IMG/VR virus record: IMGVR_UViG_3300021400_000027
Coordinates: 115,788-179,787 of that record
DNA length: 64,000 nucleotides
Origin: a virus
Taxonomy: Duplodnaviria > Caudoviricetes
Reading direction: 5' to 3' (one strand)
In this document: positions 38,299 through 50,056 of the stretch, one piece after another
How positions within the stretch are numbered: position 1 is the first letter of the stretch
Layout: every line of letters starts with the position of its first letter
Position numbers and translations under genes: made by a program
The notes under the pieces: generated by a model
Told to the model about the DNA's origin: nothing
The model's input: only the letters and a program-made list of their open reading frames with translations
Databases searched by the model: none

Positions 38299-38880
38299 TT
38301 GAAAGAAAATTGGGTTGAAACTATAAGTTTTTTAAAGCGAATTGAAAGGAAAAACTTTTGGGAAATTTATGAAGAATTAAGAAAACAAACGAAAGAGTTT
38401 GGTTTAAGTTGTGAATATTTGTATAAAGGAAATGTTTGTTTGTTAGCAAAAAATTAGTTGAGGTCGCAAGAAAAAATTTAGGAAAAAATTGAACATAAGG
38501 TCGTAAGAAAAAAAATTTATAGACATAAAGATTTAGTTTTAAGGAAAGCTGAAAAAAGGGATTTTGGAGATTATTGTGAAATGGGAATTTTCGAGGTCTT
38601 TAGAAATTCGAGAAGTTGGAAAAGAGAATTGGAAAGGAAAGTTAAAGAGAAAGGGAAAGTTGGATTTTTGGAAGTTGTAAATTAGTTTGATGATTGGAGA
38701 AAAGAAGATGAAGTTTGGGTTAATTAGATTTGGGAAGGAAAAATTAGAACAATTGGAAGAGTTAAAGTTGAAAATTGGGAAGAAGGAAAGAAGTTTTGGG
38801 AAAGAGGAGAATTTGGTTTAAGGGAAGAAAGAGAGTTGGAATGGTTGTGGGAAAATTTAGAGTTAGAAAAGTTTGAATAA
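38299..38880 (+). CDS. 193-aa E/K/W-rich protein visible only with TAG readthrough
   Basis: GGGGGAG RBS; TAG at 38455, 38479, 38683, 38725; no TAA/TGA in frame until 38878. Confidence 0.6.
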
Positions 38881-39212
38881 GGGGAAGAGGTGTTGCTTTG
38901 CCGTGTGCTCAGTAATGCCTCTTTTTTTGTTTCGCCGCGCCCCGTTCGGAATCGAAGAAAGGAAGAGGCAAAATCCGCTAATTTTCGGAGTAAAATTAAG
39001 GGTTAGGAATAGAAATCCACAATGGCTATTTTCGAGACGAAATTGGAAATAAATTAAAGGGAGTTTCACTTACGGTTTTCTATAGGGTTCCGGCGGTTTG
39101 GATTAGTAATGTTGAAAATTCGGGCGGGACCGCTTTGAGTTAAGTGGTATGAAAAATTTTGAGGGCTTCTATTCCAATCCTACTTAGTTGGTGAGCAAGA
39201 AAAAACGTGGAA

Positions 39213-39332
39213 TGTACCCCCTCGATTTGTGGGCTAAAGGAGTTCCACCAAGTGTAGTGTACCCCCTCGATTTGTGGGCTAAAGGAGCTACACAAAGTAA
39301 AATGTACCCCCTAGAATTTGGGCTTAAGGAGT
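39213..39332. repeat. three direct repeats TGTACCCCCTCGATTTGTGGGCTAAAGGAG, period 45 bp
   Basis: copies at 39213, 39258, 39303 (third degenerate). Confidence 0.85.
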
Positions 39333-39867
39333 TTTATGGCTTTACAAATTGAATAAAAGGAAGAGGGCTTTGGACAATCCGCCCGAGACAAATCAACTTC
39401 AACGAAGTTGCAAAACCGCTATTTATTTGACTTGGCGATGATTTGCAATGTTAGTTGGACTTGCGTCAATTTTTTGGGTTGTCAAAAGTTCAGGCTTCTT
39501 TTACATAGGCGGTCTCCGCCGGAACTTTTGTTTTCGGTTGGGAGACGGCCCCTTTGTCGTACCCAAACGTAGCTCACAGGGACTTCCGAATTTTGGAGAG
39601 GGAAAATTATTTTGGAGACTCAGCTCAAACGCAGCTCACAGGGAGAGGGAATGGGTTGCGCCCGGGAGAAAAATTCGGCTGCCGGCGAGGGAGAGGGGAG
39701 GGAGAGGGGGAAACTCAATACCTACTATTTTTATGGGTTTAGTAGGTTGCGCCCGGGCGGTTTTCCAGCATTATATACAAAATAGAAGTCGAATTGTTGA
39801 AAAGTTTTTACTTGACAAATTTAGTAGAATGTGATATAATATATATAGTAAAGGAGATGAAGTTTAT

Positions 39868-42015
39868 ATGGCAACTAAATTCGTACCGCTTGACAAAATG
39901 AGTAAGAAGCAACAACGGGAATATTATAAGAAGAAAAGAAAAACTTGGGAGTTCAATCCTGCAACACGGACGGGAAAAAGTGAATATGAATATAAGAAAA
40001 AGAAAGAAGAAATGCAAGGAAAATGAAGAAAATGCGAGGTTTTTACCTCGCGCCCGGGCGGTTTTCGTTAAATTTAACAAAAATTTTGCGTTGCCGGCGA
40101 GAATTTTATGCAATTCGGAGATTTGACTTAAAAACTATTGACAAACTCTTTAAAATGTGATATAATTATATATGTAAGGAGGACGGAAAGCAAGGCGACT
40201 GGAAGTCCTAAAGCCCAAATCAGCGAGGTATTGAAAATGGCTAAAGGTGTAATCTTTACAGGTACGGACGGCAAGAAAACCAGAATGAACCGTGACGAAT
40301 TTGTTCGTTATATCGGCAACCTCTGGAAGGTGGCAAGAGAGGCTAAACTTGAAGCCGAAAAGGCAGACAAGGAAATCGAGGAGAATGGCGAATAATCGCC
40401 ATTTTCCCACAATTAGAAAGAGAGGTTATTCAATGAAGTGTTTTGTTTATAATAGAGCAAGAATGATAATTGCACGGAAGTCCGCTTTAGAAGATATGCG
40501 GAAATGGAGAGAAAACAAGGGTTATTTAGATAGGGATTTAATTAGAATTTTTATTGCTAATAATCTTAACAGACTCTTTGGTGCGGAATGCTGGGATAGT
40601 AACGTTGTTGACGGCATTTTGTGCGATATGCTGGACAATTTTGACATTGACTATGATGATGATGCAGATGATTATTATGTAAGCTCCCCTTGATGGGGAG
40701 TTTTCTCTATATATAGCCAAAATTACGTTGCGCCCGGGCGCGTAGTGAAAATGAACAAATTCAACATTAAAACTTTGTGCAACTTGCCAGTTGACAAATT
40801 TCAAAAAGTATGATATAATATATAATGTAAGGTAAAGAGAAACTAAGAAAGTGGAGGTAAAACTTATGAAGAAATTTCAAATCAATGTGAGAGGAGAGGA
40901 GAGAGGTCATCTTTTTGACAGCATTGGTCAGGCTTATCAGTGGACTTGCGAAAACGTAATGACAAAAGAAGATGCAGAATATTATAAGTCAATTGGAAAT
41001 ACAATTGAACTTCCTCAAATTCAAGACGAAAAAATTCAAGAATCCGTTTTAAGAAACGTGTTTGAAAAAATCTGCTTTTCCGGCTGGAATGATAGAGTAG
41101 ATTTGAACTCTGATTATTTTATTATTCATTAAATTTTAGAAAGTAGAGGATTATGCCAATGAGAGAAATTTTTGGACTTAGCGAAAAAAGAATTCAGCAA
41201 CTTTTAACAGAGGATATTCCAATTTCAAAACTTGCACAATTGGAAAAAGCGGAATTCCTTCTTGCTACATGGGGCATTGATGGCTATGCATTACTTTATT
41301 ATATTGATAGCACAAAAGACGAATATAAAGAAATGTACTTTGATACTTTTTTAACTAAGTGTAGACCTTGTGGCGGAGATTGGGGACAAATGTTCTTAAC
41401 TGGAATTAAAGAACTTTATCCAACTATTTACAATTTAATTCCTGATGATATGGGCTTGAATCCGTTTGCTAGTTTGTACGAATTATTGAGAGTTTTAGGC
41501 ATTGAAAAGTGTTTAGAAGAAAGTGGCGAATAATCGCCACTTTTACTTTATTTAAGTTAGCAAAGACTAACTCTGCGCCCGGGCGGCACAAAAATGAACA
41601 AATTCAACATTAAAACTTTGTGCATTTTGCGAATAGACAAAAACTAAAAAGTGTGTTATAATATATAATGTAAGGTAAAGTACAATAGCACAGAAATTGA
41701 GGTATTTTTATGACAGTATATGAAAAGAATTTCTATAAGAAAACAAGTCAAGATTATGTTTCTCATGACTTTTATATCTATTTTATTCTTACTATGCCTC
41801 CGCTTTTATCTAAAGAGGACTATTTAAAAGAAATCAGTAGAAGTCAATTTTTTCTAAATAGTAATTCAATAAGAGTTCTTAAGCCAATGACGAAATATAA
41901 ATTCTTAACAATCTCAACCACGCTTAACGATAAAAACTATTTAATTAAACATATTAACAATTGTAAAATTAAAATGAATACTTTAAAACAACGCAGTTGG
42001 AAAAAAGCTCCTTAA
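39868..42015 (+). other. cassette CDS, hypothetical: 39868-40026, 40237-40395, 40433-40693, 40866-41132, 41153-41533, 41710-42015
   Basis: each downstream of a consensus promoter and RBS. Confidence 0.65.
40792..40840 (+). promoter_or_regulatory. representative cassette promoter (TTGACA-N17-TATAAT with extended -10 TG, then AAGGTAAAG)
   Basis: near-consensus sigma-A promoter; recurs in nearly every cassette from 39.8 to 63.6 kb. Confidence 0.8.
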
Positions 42016-42123
42016 TGGGGCTTTCTTTGAATCTTAAAATTGTTGCGCCCGGGCGCAACAGAAGTTTACCTAGGAGAATACTAGGAATTAAAAAACTAAG
42101 AAAAGCCCCGAAGGGCTTTCTTG

Positions 42124-42528
42124 TCAATCATCAATTATAATTGCAGTACAGATTTTAATAATAGGATTTGCATTGTTGCTTGTTTGTTCTGCTAATGGCT
42201 TGTAAGCACTCTTTGAAAAGCGTGTTATTTTCATGAAATTATCTTCGAACCATTCATAAACGTCATCACAAGAAGCGAATTCAATATTATAACGTTCCTG
42301 AATATAGTCAACAAGATAATCCCAATCATCTTCATTGACAGAATAATATTCATCTCCTATTAAGGATATTGCTAAATCTCGATAAGCAAATTTTACCTTA
42401 TTGTCATAATTCTTAATCATAAACTGATTGGTGATAGCTTTTTCAAGTTCATCATGGTCATAGAACTTTTGAGCGATAACTTTACCATTTTCAGGGATAA
42501 CAATTGTAATTATATACATAGAATACAC
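42124..42528 (-). CDS. hypothetical cassette protein, C-terminus resembles 46366 ORF (NPIIK)
   Basis: minus-strand promoter at about 42585-42612. Confidence 0.7.
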   Translation of the reverse strand: MYSMYIITIVIPENGKVIAQKFYDHDELEKAITNQFMIKNYDNKVKFAYRDLAISLIGDEYYSVNEDDWDYLVDYIQERYNIEFASCDDVYEWFEDNFMKITRFSKSAYKPLAEQTSNNANPIIKICTAIIIDD

Positions 42529-42879
42529 ACTTTCTCATTTTATAGTCTTTGTTGACTTTTCTTTGTCTTTACCTTACAATAATATTATAGCATATTTATT
42601 TGAATTTGTCAATAGTTTTTTTGAAAAAATTTTCGATTTGTTAGTTTGAACAAAATGATTAAACAAAAGTTAAATTCTTTTAGTAATTATACTGACCGCC
42701 CGGGCGGCTTATACTCTCTGTATAATTACTCTCTGTATACTATTGTGCAACTTGCATAAAATTGTGGAGAAAATGTTGAAAATGTTTGTGCAAAATACCA
42801 CTTGATTTTTTTTGTAGGATATGATATAATATATAATGTAAGGTAAAGAAAAACGCAATAGTCTAAGGAGGACTGCCCT

Positions 42880-43227
42880 ATGGGATTTATTGACCTTGAT
42901 TCGATTCCGAAACTCTCTGCACAAGAAAAAGCCGTTCGTGAGAAATTAGCTGACGTTATTTACAAGGCTATGGTTGCAGAATTTGGTGAAGAAAACGTTG
43001 TTTTCGTGCCTAAAGCAATCAATCCGGCAGGCGGTAGCAAAATCAATTCTCTTTCTGTATGCGTAAAAGTCGCTGACGTAACAGACCGTGACGGCTTTCC
43101 TGTAGATGCCGTTGGTGTAATTCAACCTATGTGCAAGCCTTGGAATACCGTGCTTGCAAAGAATCGCACTGAACCGACTCCTGCAATTTCCCTTTATGAC
43201 ATTCAAGAAGAAGTCGACAACCTCTAA
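42880..43227 (+). CDS. hypothetical cassette protein
   Basis: AAGGAGG RBS; AEFGE motif shared with 47079 ORF. Confidence 0.7.
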   Translation: MGFIDLDSIPKLSAQEKAVREKLADVIYKAMVAEFGEENVVFVPKAINPAGGSKINSLSVCVKVADVTDRDGFPVDAVGVIQPMCKPWNTVLAKNRTEPTPAISLYDIQEEVDNL

Positions 43228-43484
43228 GAAAAATGGCGAGAAATCGCCATTTTTTTCTATCTATACAGACTGTAAAAGTGGCGAGAAATCGCCATTTATA
43301 CAGATTGTAAAACCCGCCCGGGCGGTTCGTCATTCTGCACAAAAGACGGGTTTCGGCAGAAAAAATTTTGTGCAAAACATAGAAACGCTTAAATACCTCT
43401 TGACAAAATTCAAATTCTATGATATAATATATATACAAGGTAAGGGGAAAGCCCCAAAGAATAGAAAGTGAGAGGTTACACTAT

Positions 43485-44492
43485 ATGAGTACTATTATCA
43501 ATGTAAGTAAGGAAAAAACAGCTATCAGCTTTCATTTAGATGATAAGCCGAATCCGGTCGTTATTGACTTTGTAAGTGGCACTATTATTTCATTTACTGG
43601 ACGTTCTGTCAAGTATACACCTGCAAGACTGGTAAATGCAGGCGGTGGAATTTTTTACCGCACTCTGCTTGGAAAACTTATTGATTGTATAACTAACCGC
43701 CATGAACTGGAAAAAGAAAGCTGTCTGTCCTATATGGATTTAATCAATCCGGACACATATTATGATGATTTACCGTGTGAAATTCCTAAGGGATATATTA
43801 ACTATCTCCGTGAAAACGGCTTGAATCTGAATCATAGAACCCTTAAAAATTTTAAGGATTATCAAGATTCTATGAAACTGCCGGAACAATATCGTGCTAT
43901 TTACCAAAGAATGACAAAAGCCCTGACACAATGGAGTTTTGATTGGCTCACAATAGATAAAAAGATTCTTGTCTGCAAAATCGCAAGAGTTACTGAAAAA
44001 GCTTGTAATTGGGAAATTAAAAATGATGCTTGTGACTTTCTGAATTATGTTTTTAATCACAATGAACTGGATTGGACTTCTATTGTAGATACTAATAGAG
44101 ACTTTAGTTATAATGTGAGATTGTTAAAATCTGCAAAAAGCAAAATGATTAGTGCAGGAATTGCAAAGACACAAGAAAAATTTAAATATCTTGAAAAGCT
44201 GGAAACAGAAGAATTTCAAATTGTTGTGCCGACTTGCATTGAACAATTGCAAGACGAAGGAAAACAGCAAAATAATTGTGTAGGCTATTTCTACAATCAG
44301 AGAATTATTGACGGCACTTATGCGATTTACTTTATTAGAAGAAAAACAAATCCTGATAAATCTTTTGTTACTTGCCGGATTGATATTGAAAGAAAAGAAA
44401 CAGTGGAACACAGATATTTCAATAACAGAGATTGCAACGATAGCAACGAACCCGAATGCAAATTTATTAAACTGATTGACGAAAATTTATAA
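43485..44492 (+). CDS. PcfJ-like domain protein
   Basis: C-terminal P....L..EG..Q.NCVG.....I...IYFIR...P.KS..T motif. Confidence 0.7.
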   Translation: MSTIINVSKEKTAISFHLDDKPNPVVIDFVSGTIISFTGRSVKYTPARLVNAGGGIFYRTLLGKLIDCITNRHELEKESCLSYMDLINPDTYYDDLPCEIPKGYINYLRENGLNLNHRTLKNFKDYQDSMKLPEQYRAIYQRMTKALTQWSFDWLTIDKKILVCKIARVTEKACNWEIKNDACDFLNYVFNHNELDWTSIVDTNRDFSYNVRLLKSAKSKMISAGIAKTQEKFKYLEKLETEEFQIVVPTCIEQLQDEGKQQNNCVGYFYNQRIIDGTYAIYFIRRKTNPDKSFVTCRIDIERKETVEHRYFNNRDCNDSNEPECKFIKLIDENL

Positions 44493-44775
44493 GAAAGTGG
44501 GGGTATTTTGCCCCCATTTTTCGGCATTTTTTTGTCCGCCCGGGCGGTTCGTCATTTTATATAAAAAATATAGGAAGTCGTGGAAAGTTTTGTGCAATCC
44601 TACAAACTAAAAAATTTTTTAAAAATCCCTTGACAAACGACTTAAAATATGATATAATATAATTACAGTAAAGGACAGGAACACAACAAAGAAAAGAGTT
44701 ACGAACTCAATAAAGTCCTTAGTCACTTTACTAAAAAATATTTATAATTTCAATGCCTTAACGGCAGAAAGTGAG

Positions 44776-45228
44776 TTGCTTATGTTTACATTTCACAAAG
44801 CTAATCTGACAAATGAAGTTAAATTCTCTACTGATTATCTGACTAAAGCTGATAAGCGTTCTATCACTGATACTGTAGAAAAACTTAACAAGGCTGTTAC
44901 TGCTGGAAATTCCAAAAAAATCGTGGAGCTTGCACGCTCTATTGTCAATGAAGAAAAACGCAACGAGAAAATCAATCGTCATGAAACTATCATCAATTCT
45001 ATTATCGGACTGCTGACCGCTGAAATGAATATTGGTGAATATACAAAAGTGCTTGAAGTTGCCGAAGTTATCCAAAGCGTACACCCTGAATGGTGCGAAA
45101 AAGACCATAACGGACAATTGTGCTGTCCTCTTGGTGCTGTTGCCTCTGCTTTTAACCGCCTGATTGATACCGGAAACTATGTGCTTATTCATGCTTGCAA
45201 CACAAAATATTTCAAGAGAATTGGCTAA
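44776..45228 (+). CDS. hypothetical protein, possible winged helix
   Basis: 150-aa cassette ORF. Confidence 0.65.
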   Translation: MLMFTFHKANLTNEVKFSTDYLTKADKRSITDTVEKLNKAVTAGNSKKIVELARSIVNEEKRNEKINRHETIINSIIGLLTAEMNIGEYTKVLEVAEVIQSVHPEWCEKDHNGQLCCPLGAVASAFNRLIDTGNYVLIHACNTKYFKRIG

Positions 45229-45395
45229 AAGAAAACGGCGAGAAATCGCCGTTTTTTACTACCCCAAATTCCGCCCGGGCGGACTTGTGCAATCTGTACA
45301 AATTCAACACAAAAACTTTGTGCATTTTGCGAATAGACAAAATCCATAAAATATGATATAATATAAATACAGTAAAGAAAGCGAGGAACTAATTT

Positions 45396-45896
45396 ATGAA
45401 ATCTATCTCTGTTTATTTTGACCTTGACGGCACTCTGTTTGACCTTTACGGCAAACGCAATTGGCTTGAAATGCTTGAAAATGAAAAAGCAGGAGCATTT
45501 GCAACTGGTCGCTTAATGCAGAACATTGACAAAGAAAGACTGCTGACTGTTGTCGCAGAATTGGCTAATTATGGCGTAAAATTTAACGTTATTACTTGGC
45601 TTCCTATGCAAGCAAGCCGTGAGTATGAAGAAATTTGTAAGGCTGAAAAAATCGCATGGGTTCGGGAAAATTTACCATTCATTGACGAAATTGTTTGTCA
45701 GTCCTATGGAGTACCGAAACAAAACGGCATAACAAAAAGAACTGCAAGAATGATTTTGATTGATGATAATAAAGAAGTTTGTGAAACGTGGGAAACGGCA
45801 AAACAGCGTACTTTTTTCAACGTAACTAAGGAATTTTCGGCAGTAAATGCACTGGAGACAATTTTAGGAAAAATCGTAAGTGGAGAATGGGTATAA
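45396..45896 (+). CDS. HAD-superfamily (5'-nucleotidase-like) phosphatase
   Basis: FDLDGTL, ITW, K..W, LIDD motifs. Confidence 0.75.
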   Translation: MKSISVYFDLDGTLFDLYGKRNWLEMLENEKAGAFATGRLMQNIDKERLLTVVAELANYGVKFNVITWLPMQASREYEEICKAEKIAWVRENLPFIDEIVCQSYGVPKQNGITKRTARMILIDDNKEVCETWETAKQRTFFNVTKEFSAVNALETILGKIVSGEWV

Positions 45897-46365
45897 ATGC
45901 CCATTTTTCGCCTCTCTTAATTGCGCCCGGGCGCAGAGGAAAAGCCCTCATAAAGAGGACTTTTTATTTTTCATCTTATTATAAAATTTTGTAAAGAATT
46001 CAGGTCTTTTCATTATCATTTCTATTATTTTTCTGGCTGTTGGCGGTGCATATTCTAAACAAAATAAATCATTAAAGCCTGCTGCCTTAGATAAGAAATA
46101 CATAAGTACAAAATCAAAATTTTCTCTCATCATAAAACTCACTTTCTGCTACTTAGTAGCGATAAAATTATTTTCTACAATAAAGTGACTAGAATTCTTT
46201 CAAGCCTTTTGCTTTCTTTCTGTTCTTGTTCTATCCTTTACTGTAATTATATTATATCATATAAAAGTAGTTTTGTCAATAGTCATTTTGCACAAACTTT
46301 GAGTTATTTAATTGTGCAAGTTGTTGCGCCCGGGCTCAATACTATTTGTATAATAGGAAAAGCCC

Positions 46366-46884
46366 TTATGATAAGGGCTTTTCATAGTATACGGGAATAA
46401 TGCGGTCAAATCCGTCAGCTTCACTTGCTTCTGTATAGGTGCGGAAAATGCACGCCGTTACGAACTTATTTCCATAGGCATATTGCCCAGCATAGCCAAT
46501 AGGCTTTTCGTCTGCTGAAATGCCGTTCTGCTTTTCATAAGAATTAGCAGTTACTTTAATAATAGGATTGTCGGCTTTACTCTCTGTATTAGGATTGATT
46601 TCAGGACTTACGTTGCAGGTAAAAGATGGCATTCCCTCGATATAATCAAGAACTTCTCCACAAAAGGCAAATTCAGTATCTCCGATTTCTTGCAGATAAT
46701 CATCAATGTTATCAAAGTCATTATTTGGAACTGAATCATCATCTTTTAACATTTCCAGTCCAATACTAATTAAATGTTTTTCTTTTTCTTCATAATTGTA
46801 ATTGTCAAATCTGTGTGCCGGAACGTTACAATAGCAAACAGATTCTTTTGTAACGGGGTTATAAATTTCTACACGGTATTCCAT
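46366..46884 (-). CDS. hypothetical cassette protein
   Basis: AAGGAGG RBS and promoter on minus strand. Confidence 0.7.
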   Translation of the reverse strand: MEYRVEIYNPVTKESVCYCNVPAHRFDNYNYEEKEKHLISIGLEMLKDDDSVPNNDFDNIDDYLQEIGDTEFAFCGEVLDYIEGMPSFTCNVSPEINPNTESKADNPIIKVTANSYEKQNGISADEKPIGYAGQYAYGNKFVTACIFRTYTEASEADGFDRIIPVYYEKPLS

Positions 46885-47078
46885 AGGGCAGTCCTCCTTA
46901 GGATTTAGGGTTCTTGTTCCTTACTACTCTTATATTATATCATATTTTTTGAAATTTGTCAACTGGCATTTTACACAAACTTTTACTGTGCCGACTGTCT
47001 ATATTTTATATAATCTGCACAAAGAGCCCGGGCGGTCTATACTCTCTGTATAATACAAGTGGTATAGGAAAAGCAGGG

Positions 47079-47504
47079 TTAAGAACCCTGCTTTTTTGCC
47101 TGTTTTTCGGCTTTTTCCTGACGTGCTTTTTCTCTGATTTCTTTCTGCTTTGCTCTTGCTTTGCGGTCACGTTCCATTTTTTCGGCTTTAAGTTTAGCTT
47201 TTTCGGCTTTACTTTCGTCTTTCTTTGCTTTTTCCTCTTTGTATTTTTCCGCTTGTTCCTTGCCGTTGTATGCCGGATATTCACGCATTTTCGTTTTTCT
47301 TCCTTCGAACTCTTTAACTTCTGGACTGAAATTTACATACATTTCTTTGCCGTCCGGTGCTGTTCCCCAAAGTACGGAAAATTCACTGTCACCAGTCTGA
47401 AATACCTTATCTTCGCCAAATTCGGCAATCAGGATTTTCCGCAGGATTTCGGTACTTTCTGCACGGCTCTGATTTTTGATTTGAGTAGGTGTTAATTCTG
47501 CCAT
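47079..47504 (-). CDS. hypothetical protein with Lys/Glu-rich coiled-coil tail
   Basis: AAGGAGGT RBS, promoter. Confidence 0.7.
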   Translation of the reverse strand: MAELTPTQIKNQSRAESTEILRKILIAEFGEDKVFQTGDSEFSVLWGTAPDGKEMYVNFSPEVKEFEGRKTKMREYPAYNGKEQAEKYKEEKAKKDESKAEKAKLKAEKMERDRKARAKQKEIREKARQEKAEKQAKKQGS

Positions 47505-47754
47505 AAGCTACCTCCTTAAGGTGTGGGCTTTTGTTTCTCTTACTATATATATTATAGCACAAATTTTATAAAAAGTCAATAGGTTAAAAAAAATTTCAGC
47601 GTTTTAACCAAATTGACTATTCAATTTTTATGCAACCTGACGGAATTATACGTCTTGTATAAGCCGCCCGGGCGCAATTTACGCTCTGTATAAACGGCGA
47701 AATTTCGCCGCCTATACAGTTTGTAAAGTAGGGAAAAATCCCCATATATGGGGA

Positions 47755-48522
47755 TTATTCGCCAAAAAGCCACTCAGAAAGTAAATCATCAGGATTTGTG
47801 CCATTTTCAGCCATAATTTTTTTTAATTCATTCCATGCAGAAATATGATTAGTTTTTACGCTTCTGTCAGTAGCAAGAGCCTTGAAAAGTAACGCTGTTT
47901 CGGCTTTTACGTCACTCAATGCCGTATGTTCTTCTTTAAATTCAGGGTCAAATAAATAGCGGTAGAAAGTTTCTGCTTTTGTCTGAATATTGCCGTTTTC
48001 GGTTAAATATCCATTCATAGCACACCAACCGCAATAGTGCAGATTATTACAGTGAGTATAGAAAGCCATGGTCTGAATATCGTGCCAATTGATTAAAGTA
48101 TAAAGTTTTTCGGCTTTTTTGCCGAAAGAGCGAACTAATGCAGACCTATCAAACGGAAAGTTAAAAGCGAAAACATCACGAACTTGATATTTTTTAATTA
48201 CAGACTGTAAAGTCAGCCACATTCCACGTTCTGTTTTGTAATTATACTTTGAGTTGAATCCCTTAAGAATGTCATGGAGGTTATTAACATACATTGTGTT
48301 AAGGTCTTTAGTCTGATTTTTTTCCTGATTATAGGTCAAATTTTGTTCCAAATATTCAGGAATAGCGTAAGAATGACATTCTACTACTTGTAGAGTTTGC
48401 AAATCTACAACAGTAAAGCCGATATTATAAGACGGCATAGCAGAATAACCCTCTGTATCTAAGACAATACCGTAATGAGCATTACTGCTTAAATAGGTGC
48501 ATTCAGTTTTTCGTTTTGCCAT
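47755..48522 (-). CDS. DEDDh-family 3'-5' exonuclease
   Basis: LDTE, AFNFPFD, EEHTALSD motifs. Confidence 0.8.
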   Translation of the reverse strand: MAKRKTECTYLSSNAHYGIVLDTEGYSAMPSYNIGFTVVDLQTLQVVECHSYAIPEYLEQNLTYNQEKNQTKDLNTMYVNNLHDILKGFNSKYNYKTERGMWLTLQSVIKKYQVRDVFAFNFPFDRSALVRSFGKKAEKLYTLINWHDIQTMAFYTHCNNLHYCGWCAMNGYLTENGNIQTKAETFYRYLFDPEFKEEHTALSDVKAETALLFKALATDRSVKTNHISAWNELKKIMAENGTNPDDLLSEWLFGE

Positions 48523-48826
48523 TGGTGAAAATCTCCTATTCTGAAACGAACTGAATTTTTGTTATTTTCGTTTCTCACTATAATTATTATAGCACATTTC
48601 CCCTGAAAAGTCAACTGTCAAAATGCACAAACTTTCTGTCGCTGTCTCTCCTGATGCTGTACAAATTGCACAAATACGAACCGTATAATTATACTTCCAT
48701 AAATTAAAATAATTATACGGGGAGTATTTGCGCCCGGGCGCTTGGTCTAAAAATGGCTATATTGCGTGGTTTTTGAAGATTTACAAACTGTATAACGGAA
48801 AAATCCCCCATATAGGGGGATTTCTT

Positions 48827-49324
48827 TTAGATAATGCTGTTTGCGATTCTTGTGTATACACGGACTTTGTTATTATAGCCTACAACATTCTCAATAGAAG
48901 TCGAGAAAAAGCCGTCCTCTACCAAAGAATCAAGTGCTTTCTGGATTTTCGGTCTGGTATAGTCACGCTTTGCATTCAGGCAATGTTCACGCCGTGCATT
49001 GTAGCTTTCCATACCCTGAAAGTCGCCGTAATCGTCAAGACCGGACTGCACAGAAAGTACAGTAACAATATCACCAATTTGTGTATTGTTATAGAGGTAT
49101 TCACGGATTCTGTCGTGAATAAGCTGATTCATGCGTTCACGGCAAATACGCTTTTTTTCGGCTTTCTGTTCATAGCGTTCTACATAAGAACGTGCATAAG
49201 CCTGTTCTGATTCAGTGCCATATACACCGTCAGCGATTTTCCGCATAATACTGATTGTAGAGGGCAGAACACATGCATTAACAGTAGAGTTTACAACGGG
49301 TGCGAGTTTAACAGTAATAGCCAT
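48827..49324 (-). CDS. hypothetical protein, possible winged helix
   Basis: C-terminal KIQKALDSLVEDG followed by beta-hairpin-like segment. Confidence 0.65.
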   Translation of the reverse strand: MAITVKLAPVVNSTVNACVLPSTISIMRKIADGVYGTESEQAYARSYVERYEQKAEKKRICRERMNQLIHDRIREYLYNNTQIGDIVTVLSVQSGLDDYGDFQGMESYNARREHCLNAKRDYTRPKIQKALDSLVEDGFFSTSIENVVGYNNKVRVYTRIANSII

Positions 49325-49642
49325 AGGGCAATCTCCATTCTCCGCTTTAAGCGGTGTTAAGTTTTTCTTTACCTTACATTATATATTATATCACATTTTT
49401 TGTGATTTGTCTATTCGCAAAATACACAAAGATTTCTTTTTCTTTTGTCCAGAATTTATGCAATCTACACAAGCGCCCGGGCGCGAGCCAGAAGTGGCTA
49501 TATATAGCCATTTTTAGAGGGGTTTACAGATTGTATTTTTGGCTATATATAGCCAAAATTACGATTCGTATAGGGTGGGGCTTTAAAGTGCTAAAGTATA
49601 CAGAAACGGAAAAATCCCCATTTCTGGGGATTTTCCGGCTTA

Positions 49643-50056
49643 TCAGTCGTTATCGGATTCGGATTCGACTTCTTCCGGCAGGCGGTAGCCTTTAACCTTG
49701 CCGGATTTTGCCTTGATTTCGGCAATTTCCAGTTCACCGCTGTCAACAAGCTGTTTCAGAAGTGCGGAGGCTTTTTGAGTAGATACTTCAAGATAATCAG
49801 CAACGGATTTTGCAGTAGCATAGCCATTTTCGTTGACTTCGATTTCACCGGATTCCAGAGCAGAAACGATTTTTACCTTGATTTCGCCATTTTCACGCTG
49901 GATTTTTGTACCGGATTCTTTGCGTTTAGCGTTCTTTTTGTCAAGTGCGGTCAGCATAGCAGAGGCTTTTTCCTGCATTTCAGCGGTAATGGTTTCACCG
50001 TTTACGATAGCAGTCAGAAGTTCACGTTCGGTCATAGTTTTAGCTGTAGTTGCCAT
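49643..50056 (-). CDS. winged-helix DNA-binding protein (MATTAKTMTERELL family)
   Basis: close paralog of 51137-51538. Confidence 0.75.
   Translation of the reverse strand: MATTAKTMTERELLTAIVNGETITAEMQEKASAMLTALDKKNAKRKESGTKIQRENGEIKVKIVSALESGEIEVNENGYATAKSVADYLEVSTQKASALLKQLVDSGELEIAEIKAKSGKVKGYRLPEEVESESDND

Noticed and set aside
36244-38880. Pseudogenes with nonsense mutations
   Set aside because: All interruptions are TAG, never TAA or TGA, and a CTA-anticodon tRNA is present; recoding is the simpler explanation.
39213-39332. Possible mini-CRISPR array
   Set aside because: Only three units, 15-nt spacers that resemble each other, no cas genes in the window; treated as a tandem repeat.
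39448-39834. 128-aa ORF
   Set aside because: No RBS, atypical composition, and it spans repeat sites and a promoter.
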